Source: Candidatus Woesearchaeota archaeon (GTDB lineage: Archaea; Nanobdellota; Nanobdellia; Woesearchaeales; UBA119). From it: 64,000 bases of DNA. The position numbers were made by a program, and so were the translations under genes. Of the stretch, positions 12,169-19,781 are shown piece by piece (position 1 is the first letter of the stretch; each line of letters opens with the position of its first letter). The notes beneath the pieces are model-generated. The model did not search any database and was not told the origin of the DNA. It was given only the letters and a program-made list of their open reading frames with translations. Location of the stretch: NCBI GenBank assembly GCA_035363095.1, contig DAOSEK010000001.1, positions 17,233 to 81,232 of the forward strand. The letters run 5' to 3'.

Positions 12169-14328
12169 TTAATTAACTTCTTTTCCGGTCATATCTACTT
12201 TTATTATTGAATTTATAGGACATGATTGAACGCATTTTCCGCAATGAATGCATTTGTCTTGGAGTATTATGTGTTTTTTTCCTGTTTGACCATAGATAGC
12301 GTTCACAGGACAAACTGAATAACAATTATGGCAACCTATACAGCTATCAATTATTTTGTATGTGATTTTTGATTTGGCTACTTTTGATAGATATTCATCT
12401 TTAAAATATTTTAATGAGGACAGTATTGGGTTTGGAGCGGTTTGACCTAAACCGCAAAGGGAGTTTTCCTTTACATAATGTGCGAGTTTCTCTATTTTTT
12501 GGATATCCTGAATTGAACCATCTTTTGATATGATTCTTTCAAGCATATATTTCATTTGCCTAGTTCCTTCTCTACAAGGGGTACATTGGCCACAGCTTTC
12601 TTTTGATGTAAAATCCAAGAAATAATGGGCGAGTTCTAATATGGAGTTTGTTTCATCAAGCACTATCATTCCACCACTTCCAACTATTGAACCGGCTTCT
12701 TTTAATGATTCATATCCTATTTTGAGATTTTTAAGTGAATAGGGGATACAACCTCCAGAAGGACCTCCCGTCTGTATTGCTTTTATGTGACTGCCGTTAA
12801 GAGAACCACCACCTATTTTTTCGATAATTACTGATAATTTTTCACCGAAATTTACTTCGATGAGACCTGTGTTTTTTATGTTGCCACTTAGTGCTAAGAC
12901 TAGGGTGCCACCTGAATTTTCATCTCCTAATTCTGAAAACCATTCTGCACCATTTTTTAGGATTAGAGTTACGCAACAATATGTTTTTACATTGTTTATG
13001 TTTGTTGGCATTGAATATATTCCTTGACTTGCAGGATAAGGTGGTCTTGGTCTTGGATTGCCTCTATTTCCCTCAATTGAATGGATTAGTGCAGTTTCTT
13101 CACCGCATACAAATGCACCTGCGCCACTCATAAGTTGAAGATCAAAATCAAAACCTAAGTTTAATACGTTTTCTCCAAGAAATCCTCTTTCATACATGGT
13201 TTGAATGGCTTTTTTAAGGGTTGACTCTGCTAAAGGGTATTCTTTTCTTAGGTAGATGAAGCCTTTTTTCGCGCCTGTTACGAAAGCACAGATTAGCATA
13301 CCCTCAAGTAGTAAGTAAGGGTTACTTTCAAGAATGCCTCTATCCATGAATGCACCAGGGTCGCCTTCATCGGCATTACATACGATGTATTTTAAGGGTA
13401 TTATGCGATTGTTATCAATTTTATTTGGATTTGTTTTTGAAGTGTTATCTGGTGTGTTGTTTAAATCGTTATTTGAAGGAAGTTTTGCATCTTTTAGTAA
13501 CCTCCATTTTTTTGCTGTTGGGAATCCAGCGCCTCCTCTTCCTCTCAGTTTTGATTTTTCTAGGTTTAATAGAGTTTTTTCGCTTCCTTCAAATACTGCG
13601 TTTTTAAGGCCTATAAAACCACCTAGATGAATATATTCTTCAAGGTTTAAGGGATTGATAAAGCCACAATCTTTTAGTATCACCCTGTTTTGATGTTTGA
13701 AAAAAGGTATATCGGCAAAGTAGGGATATGATTTTTTTTCATCTGAGAATGTTTTTTCTGAGAGTATTTTGTTGTCTATGATCGAAGCGATAATAGAACT
13801 TGCATCACTTGGTTTGAGATGACAGTAGAATATGTTTTGTGGTTGTATTATTGCCGTTGGACCTACTTGACAAAAGCCATGACACCCAGTCTGTTTGATT
13901 TGGATGGAAATTTTTTTTGAGTTTAGAAGGGATTTGTTTTCAATTATTGTTTTTTTTATTGCAGAAATTATGTCTAATGAATCGCGGGATTTGCAACCCG
14001 TTGCCCCACAAACACAGATGGTGTATTCGCTTATGGTATGTTTTTTTGTTATATTCTTTTTTGATGTATTTTCTTTTGAACTAGGTTTTTTTATATGAGA
14101 TTTTTTTATATGAGGGCTTTTTGTTCTTTTGATTTTTTTTGTTGTGTTTTTAATCGCAAGGGTATCAGTGACAAGGGTATTAGTGATTGGGTTATTATTA
14201 GGATTATTAGGATTAGTATTATTAGCATTATTATTATTAGGAGTAGTATTATTAGTTACTGGATCACTAGTTAAAGTTTTTAATTTTGTTGTTTTCTTTT
14301 TTTGATTTTTGTTTTTTGGGTTTTTCAT
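12169..14328 (-). CDS. hydB: NuoF-like flavoprotein subunit of a bifurcating-type hydrogenase (HydB), with an N-terminal low-complexity extension
   Basis: A thioredoxin-like 2Fe-2S domain is present (ICVCGATGC...CHGFCQVGP). An NADH/FMN-binding 51-kDa-type core follows (GRGGAGFP, GAGAFVCGEETALIHSIEG). A 4Fe-4S site (ESCGQCTPCREG) and two C-terminal ferredoxin motifs (CIGCHNCYSVCP and CIHCGKCVQSCP) are present. The first ~100 aa are N/T/P/K-rich low complexity. The start codon overlaps the hydC stop by 4 bp (ATGA). Confidence 0.8.
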   Translation of the reverse strand: MKNPKNKNQKKKTTKLKTLTSDPVTNNTTPNNNNANNTNPNNPNNNPITNTLVTDTLAIKNTTKKIKRTKSPHIKKSHIKKPSSKENTSKKNITKKHTISEYTICVCGATGCKSRDSLDIISAIKKTIIENKSLLNSKKISIQIKQTGCHGFCQVGPTAIIQPQNIFYCHLKPSDASSIIASIIDNKILSEKTFSDEKKSYPYFADIPFFKHQNRVILKDCGFINPLNLEEYIHLGGFIGLKNAVFEGSEKTLLNLEKSKLRGRGGAGFPTAKKWRLLKDAKLPSNNDLNNTPDNTSKTNPNKIDNNRIIPLKYIVCNADEGDPGAFMDRGILESNPYLLLEGMLICAFVTGAKKGFIYLRKEYPLAESTLKKAIQTMYERGFLGENVLNLGFDFDLQLMSGAGAFVCGEETALIHSIEGNRGNPRPRPPYPASQGIYSMPTNINNVKTYCCVTLILKNGAEWFSELGDENSGGTLVLALSGNIKNTGLIEVNFGEKLSVIIEKIGGGSLNGSHIKAIQTGGPSGGCIPYSLKNLKIGYESLKEAGSIVGSGGMIVLDETNSILELAHYFLDFTSKESCGQCTPCREGTRQMKYMLERIISKDGSIQDIQKIEKLAHYVKENSLCGLGQTAPNPILSSLKYFKDEYLSKVAKSKITYKIIDSCIGCHNCYSVCPVNAIYGQTGKKHIILQDKCIHCGKCVQSCPINSIIKVDMTGKEVN

Positions 14329-14810
14329 TTTTTATTTAGAGAATGTTTTTTTAGTATATCTTTTATTTTCTCTTTGTTTAGGTTTCCATATATTTTTCCA
14401 TTTATCATTGCAACGGGTGCAAGTGCACAAGCTCCAAGGCATCTTACTTCCTGAAGAGAAAATGCTAAGTCTTTTGTGGTTTCTCCAAGTTTTATTCCAA
14501 GTTCGGTTTCAAATATTTTTATTATTTCAAGACTGCCTTTCACTCTACAAGCAGTCCCATCACAGACTTGAATTGATATTTTTCCGTTTTTTTGAAAACT
14601 AAAGTAGCTGTAAAATGATAGTATGCTAAATATTCTTGATAGGGGAATTTTTAATTCTGTTGAGATGAAGTCTGCATCATCTGGGGATACAAATCCCTGT
14701 TTTTCTTGAATTTCTATTAGTAAAGATAATAGGTTTAGCCTTTTTTGTTTAGTGTGATTGTGTACTATTGTTTTAACCTCATTTGAGATGTTTGTGTTTA
14801 AATTTGTCAT
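14325..14810 (-). CDS. hydC: NuoE-like thioredoxin-fold [2Fe-2S] subunit (HydC)
   Basis: The 161 aa ORF has the NuoE/HoxE Cys pattern (CDGTACRVKGS...CLGACALAPVAMINGKIYG). It is translationally coupled to hydB. Confidence 0.75.
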   Translation of the reverse strand: MTNLNTNISNEVKTIVHNHTKQKRLNLLSLLIEIQEKQGFVSPDDADFISTELKIPLSRIFSILSFYSYFSFQKNGKISIQVCDGTACRVKGSLEIIKIFETELGIKLGETTKDLAFSLQEVRCLGACALAPVAMINGKIYGNLNKEKIKDILKKHSLNKK

Positions 14811-14943
14811 GATGTATCCTTCTTTGGGTGCTGATTTTTTATTTTTGTTAATTTATTGTAAAAAGGTTTTTTATGAATTTTTCAAAGATTTTAAATAGAT
14901 TTGAAATTCAATTGTGAATTAGTTTGAAACTCTAAATTAGTTT

Positions 14944-15207
14944 GATTTCATGAAATCCTAGTTCATTTTGTATACTTTGGTTAATAGAAAAGCATACCGC
15001 GTGTTTCAATAAGAGGGTTTGGTACGCTTTTTTGTAATCAACAACCTAGCTTTAATACAGTGCATGTTTTTATATTACCTATATGCCTCGCCCTTTAGGG
15101 GGAGGTTGTTGATTTTTCAAGCAAAAAGGTTGAATGAACGGATTCACATAACCTTTAACCTCAATTATTCGCGGGATACCTCGATATGTATGCCAATTTT
15201 TTTCATT
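14944..15207. repeat. Composite structured intergenic repeat, arranged A2(-)-C(-)-B(-)-A1(-)
   Basis: This is the reverse-complement arrangement of the 9637-9896 locus. It reads gatttcatgaaatcc...catactttgg (A 3' part), aaaagcataccgcgtgtttcaataagagggtttggtacgctttttt (C), atcaacaacct...ggaggttgttgat (B, with perfect 11-bp terminal inverted repeats) and ttttcaagc...gaatgaacggattcacat...acctcgatatgtatgcc...ttttcatt (A 5' part). Confidence 0.8.
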
Positions 15208-15525
15208 ATGATTTTGTACTAATGTTTATTTTCCTTTTAATGTTACCTAAATTTGACTGTGTTGATATTTAGTTGAGTGTATAATTTGATTGTAAAGATA
15301 CTATTAAATGAAGTAATGTATAGACCACTACGTTTTATCCTGAAAACAAGATTATTTAAAGCTTTTTATTTTAAAATCTAATAAAAAAGTGCACTAAAAG
15401 AGTGTTTTTTCTATTTTGTTTAGTTTCATTTGTTCTTTTGGATATTGTTCTTGAATATTTTGTTTTAATGTGAGCATAACCAGTTTGTCGAGTAGAGCAT
15501 ATTAGATAAAAAAATGAGGAAAATA

Positions 15526-15860
15526 TATGTTGAGAAGAGAAAGGTAGGGTAAATGAAAAGGTGTTGAGGAAAGAAATATAAGTTGAGTTAAGAGATGTTG
15601 AGAAAAGAAAGATAGGGTAAATGAAGAGATGTTAAAGATAGAGATATAAGTTGAGTTAAGAGATGTTGAGAAAAGAAGTATAGGGTAAATGAAGAGATGT
15701 TAAAGATTGAGATATAAGTTGAGTTAAGAGATGTTGAGAAAAGAAGTATAGGGTAAATGAAGAGATGTTAAAGATTGAGATATAAGTTGAGTTAAGAGAT
15801 GTTGAGAAAAGAAAGATAGGGTAAATGAAGAGATGTTGAGGTAAGAAATGTAAAGTAAGG
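15526..15860. repeat. Tandem direct repeat (minisatellite-like), ~4.5 copies of a 67-69-bp unit built from two ~34-bp half-units sharing aagagatgtt
   Basis: Units start at ~15580, 15649, 15717 and 15784 (aagttgagttaagagatgttgagaaaagaaRKatagggtaaatgaagagatgttaaagatWgagatat). A partial copy lies upstream and another downstream. Stop codons occur in all frames. There are no interspersed unique spacers, so this is not CRISPR. Confidence 0.85.
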
Positions 15861-16003
15861 AAATTTATACACCTTCAAAAAACATATAGCTTCAAAAGGA
15901 ATAGATTAAGACAAGTATGAAATAATGTTTTTGTTGTGCGCAAAGTTAGGGATACTTGCAAATAGAAAGAGATAAATATTATTAGAAAAAATGCTTTGGT
16001 AAT

Positions 16004-17203
16004 ATGTTGATAGGCATTGTAGGAAAACCAAATGTTGGGAAATCGACTTTTTTTAAGGCTTCGACTTTAGCGGATGTTTATATTGCGAATTTTCCGTTTG
16101 CAACAATTAAGCCCAATCATGGGGTAGGCTTTGTCAAGGTTAAATGTGTTGATGAGTTTTTTAATGTGCAATGCATGCCTAAACATGGATATTGTATTAA
16201 TCATAACAGGTTTGTTCCGATTGATATGATTGATGTTGCTGGTCTTGTTCCCGGAGCTTTTGAAGGTAAGGGAATGGGTAATCAATTCTTGGATGATTTA
16301 AGGCAAGCGGATGCTTTAGTTCATATTATTGATGCTTCAGGAAGCACTAATGAGAAAGGAGAGAGTGTAGAAATTAATTCTTATGACCCTGCAAATGATA
16401 TTCGATTTTTGGATACAGAGATTGATATGTGGTTTTTAGGGATTTTTAAGAAGGTTTGGAGTAGGTTTTCAAGGCAGGTTATGCAGGAACATGAGGAGAT
16501 TTCTAAGGCCATTGCAAAACAGTTTACTGGGCTTGGTGCTGATGAGGATATGATTAAAGATATTGCTAATTCTTTGTCTTTGAAAGAGAAGGCTATTACT
16601 TCTTGGAGTGATGAGGATCTTAGCAGATTTGTTAAAGAAATTAGAAGGAGAACTAAGCCGATGGTAATTGCTGCAAATAAGGCAGATACACCTTGTGCAA
16701 TGGAGAATATTGAGAGGCTTAGAAAAGAGTTTTCGGATTATAAGATCATTCCATGCTCAAGTGAGGCTGAACTTGCTTTAAGAGAGGCAGGGAAAAAAGG
16801 GCTTATTGAGTATATTCCCGGAGAATCAGATTTCAGGATTTTAAAAGAGGATAGTCTTGATGAAAAACAAAAGAGGGCTTTAGAGTTTATTAGAAATTCT
16901 GTTTTGAAAAGGCTTGGCTCTACAGGGGTTCAAGAGATATTAAATACTTGCGTTTTTGATGTTTTAAGATATGTTTATGTTTTTCCAGGGGGAGTTAGTA
17001 AACTTGAGGATCAATACGGAAATGTGCTTCCGGATTGCTTTTTAATGAAACCCGGCTCTACAGCTTTAGATTTTGCATATAAGGTTCATAGTGATATTGG
17101 AGATAATTTTGTAAAGGCGATTGATGTGAAAAAGAAGATGCCTGTTGGAAGAGATTTTGTGCTTTCAAATGGGGATGTTATTGAGATTATGACAAGGAAA
17201 TGA
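16004..17203 (+). CDS. YchF/OLA1-family P-loop GTPase/ATPase (archaeal Ygr210-type with C-terminal TGS-like domain)
   Basis: The N-terminus IGIVGKPNVGKSTFFKASTLADVYIANFPFATIKPNHGV matches the YchF G1 region (GIVGLPNVGKSTLFNALT...ANFPFCTIEPN). A C-terminal TGS-like beta-grasp is present (GDVIEIM). Confidence 0.75.
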   Translation: MLIGIVGKPNVGKSTFFKASTLADVYIANFPFATIKPNHGVGFVKVKCVDEFFNVQCMPKHGYCINHNRFVPIDMIDVAGLVPGAFEGKGMGNQFLDDLRQADALVHIIDASGSTNEKGESVEINSYDPANDIRFLDTEIDMWFLGIFKKVWSRFSRQVMQEHEEISKAIAKQFTGLGADEDMIKDIANSLSLKEKAITSWSDEDLSRFVKEIRRRTKPMVIAANKADTPCAMENIERLRKEFSDYKIIPCSSEAELALREAGKKGLIEYIPGESDFRILKEDSLDEKQKRALEFIRNSVLKRLGSTGVQEILNTCVFDVLRYVYVFPGGVSKLEDQYGNVLPDCFLMKPGSTALDFAYKVHSDIGDNFVKAIDVKKKMPVGRDFVLSNGDVIEIMTRK

Positions 17204-17352
17204 AACAGTATGAGATGGCTTTAAGGTTTATTAGATTTAATAAAAAAATTATCATAATCTTTCGTGCTTTGCCTTTTTAATTTTTGAAATTTTGCGTTTT
17301 AGAGTATCTTAGAGGTTGCCATTTAAAAACTCAACTGTACTACTATTCAAAT

Positions 17353-17482
17353 GAAAAATCTCGGCGTAAATTCCCCAAGTATCTCAGGGATAGTCGAGGT
17401 TAAACGTTATGTTAATCAGTCTAGTCAAACTTTCAGCTTTAAAAATTAACCAAAGTATGGGAATTACAGATTCATATAATTA
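17353..17482 (+). repeat. Degenerate solo copy of repeat module A
   Basis: The copy reads gaaaaatctcggcgtaaat...gatagtcgaggttaaacg...aaccaaagtatgggaattacagattcatataat. It is collinear with module A (gaaaaacctcggcataaatg...gatagtcgaggttaatcc...accaaagtatgcgaatgacggattcatgaaat). It lies in the convergent 3' region between the GTPase and the flaJ-like gene. Confidence 0.65.
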
Positions 17483-19648
17483 AGCCATAAACTGACTTAT
17501 CCCTACTGTTATCAGGCTAAACATTATTGAGACTACTGTTGAAACTAAGAAATAAAGAATTATTCCTCGGGATAGGCTTTTTCCTAGGGTGTATTTTCTA
17601 TATACTGAATCCTCACCTTTTTCTATGGTTGATGCAAGGTAAGACATGATGATTATGACTTCTACTACATAAATACCTACTACTATTTGGAAGAAATATG
17701 TTGGAATGCCAATACTGAATATACTTTGGAACTGTCCTGCAGCACCTGGAACACTTTCGCCTCCAAGCCCTGCAGAGTTTATTGCGTTGCTTTTTTCATT
17801 TACTAGGTTGATTATGTTTGATAAAAGCCCGGTAATACCTACGACTACTCCGCCGATTACAGGTGTCAAAAAGTTCATTTGGGATTTTATGCTTGTTATG
17901 ATATCGGATAATAGATCCCTAAGTCTTTCGTTGACTCTATGGATTTGTTTTAGGTATTCTGAAACGTTAAGCATTGCAATTGATGCGATTAGTGGTCCTT
18001 TGGTCACGCTTTGGGATAATACTTTCATTGAGCTTTCTATCATGTTTGAAGGGTAATACATAATAGCACCGTGTTTCCTATCAAAGATAGCTTCGTTTAT
18101 CCCCATTCCAAGCCTTTTTATGTTGTCAGCTATTATTCTGAAAAATCTTCCGATTAGGTTATCGCCACCAATTGTTGCTACATTTTCTATTGCTAGTTCT
18201 GCAGGGATTCCATCTGCAAGCCTATTTCCTAATTGAAATAATGCTGAGCTAAATTGTTTTTCTAGAAGTGCTGCTTCTTCTCTTTGCTTGTTGATTGCTG
18301 AGTATTTTATGTTAAAGTAGATTGCAATTGAGAGTCCAAATGCTAGTGATATGAAAAGAGATAGTATTACTGCACCTATGCCAAAGGGACCTATGTATTG
18401 CTCAGTTTGCTGATTTAAGGTATATCCTAAAAAGTTCATTACTGAAGGGATTATTTCAATATCAAATGTTGGATCCATTGCGTGCATTATGAGCGGGCTT
18501 AAACCTATTAAGAAAAGAACCAAGAATACGCTTATGGCTGCAAGGATAGGGGATATTGAAAATTTAAGGCCTGCAAAGTTAATCTGCTTTTTTGGAGGTG
18601 CAGAGATTAAAAGCTCTTCTTCTATTCCTCCACCACCATAACCTGTGGGTCTTGTTGAAAGGATTTGGATAGCCATGTAAAATACTGCAAATGGCAAAAG
18701 AACATCATATAGCAATAGTATGTGATACCATTTTACTCCTTCCATTAGTCCGGCAACTAAAGGAAGCATTATCAGACTTAGTATGGGAAGCACAATCCCA
18801 ATCATGTTTAAAGAGTCTATTGGACCTTTAAGGTCTTGGGCAAAATGAAGCATTTTTTCATATGTTTCATCAAGTATGAATGATAGGGCTCTGTTTAGGA
18901 TTTCTATTCTTCGGGTTTCAGAGCCTTCGTAAAGGGAGCTTTCAATTATCCTGAATACTTCTATGAATTCATCATTATATCCTTTCCATCTCATTAAATA
19001 GTTGTTTAGGGAATCTTTTAGGGTTCTGAATTTTCCGGATTCTACGTCCCAAAGGATTTTTTTAAAATCTATTGATAATGGCGGGATTAGATGGTTTGCT
19101 GCAAATCTTATTGCAAGCTCAAGATTTGAGGTGTGTCTCATGTAGGTTACAATATAAAATATTGAGAGAACCATTTGGTTTGATGATTTCATTCTCCAGC
19201 GTGTTGCAAGGATTGAAGGGATTTTTTGCAAGGGGATCATTGCAAACATCCCTAATGCTAAAAAGAAAAATATCATGAAAAAATCATAATTTTCATTTAG
19301 AAAACCGACTAGGGCAATTGTGAATATTGCTAAAAGCATCCCGATAAGTGGGAAGAATACTGAAAAGCTTGTGGCACCTTCAGGTGTAATGTTTAGGTGA
19401 CATGTTTCTATATCGTATTCAAGTTGATTTCTTGTTTTTTTGTCAGGAGCTACTTTTAAAAGATTTTCAGATAGACTGCAAAGTTTTTCATAAAATGATA
19501 GCTTTGGTTTTTCCATCTCTTTTTTAAATTCTTTGTAATCTGCGGAGATTATGTTTTCTGCATTGTCTTCAGGGCTGTTTGAGATAAGAGAGGCAATTCT
19601 CTTTTTGTATTTGGCTGCTATCTCTTTTGTGTATTCATCTTGGTTCAT
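17480..19648 (-). CDS. Polytopic membrane protein, putative FlaJ/TadC-like type IV pilus or archaellum assembly platform
   Basis: The 722 aa protein has many predicted TM helices separated by cytoplasmic domains. It lies immediately downstream of, and co-oriented with, the FlaI-like ATPase. The family assignment rests on context and topology and not on a motif. Confidence 0.5.
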   Translation of the reverse strand: MNQDEYTKEIAAKYKKRIASLISNSPEDNAENIISADYKEFKKEMEKPKLSFYEKLCSLSENLLKVAPDKKTRNQLEYDIETCHLNITPEGATSFSVFFPLIGMLLAIFTIALVGFLNENYDFFMIFFFLALGMFAMIPLQKIPSILATRWRMKSSNQMVLSIFYIVTYMRHTSNLELAIRFAANHLIPPLSIDFKKILWDVESGKFRTLKDSLNNYLMRWKGYNDEFIEVFRIIESSLYEGSETRRIEILNRALSFILDETYEKMLHFAQDLKGPIDSLNMIGIVLPILSLIMLPLVAGLMEGVKWYHILLLYDVLLPFAVFYMAIQILSTRPTGYGGGGIEEELLISAPPKKQINFAGLKFSISPILAAISVFLVLFLIGLSPLIMHAMDPTFDIEIIPSVMNFLGYTLNQQTEQYIGPFGIGAVILSLFISLAFGLSIAIYFNIKYSAINKQREEAALLEKQFSSALFQLGNRLADGIPAELAIENVATIGGDNLIGRFFRIIADNIKRLGMGINEAIFDRKHGAIMYYPSNMIESSMKVLSQSVTKGPLIASIAMLNVSEYLKQIHRVNERLRDLLSDIITSIKSQMNFLTPVIGGVVVGITGLLSNIINLVNEKSNAINSAGLGGESVPGAAGQFQSIFSIGIPTYFFQIVVGIYVVEVIIIMSYLASTIEKGEDSVYRKYTLGKSLSRGIILYFLVSTVVSIMFSLITVGISQFMA

Positions 19649-19781
19649 TGTAAAAGCCCTTTTTTAAGTCAGTATGAGTCTTTTTATGCCTTAGCGATGT
19701 GCAAAGATCTAAAGTGAAAATATTTTAAGACCAATTTGAAATTAAGTTTTTATTTTGAAAAAAACTAATGTTAAAAATCTG

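Noticed and set aside
11301-13630. Plus-strand ORFs (75-98 aa) inside hydA and hydB, and similar antisense ORFs inside flaI, flaJ, S-layer, lonB, gatA, glnA and other genes
   Set aside because: They are fully embedded antisense to long, motif-supported genes. They are low-complexity translations typical of AT-rich antisense frames.
15526-15860. Possible CRISPR array suggested by regular ~68-bp periodicity
   Set aside because: Units are contiguous, near-identical direct repeats with no unique spacers between them. No cas genes are nearby. This is a tandem minisatellite and not repeat-spacer architecture.
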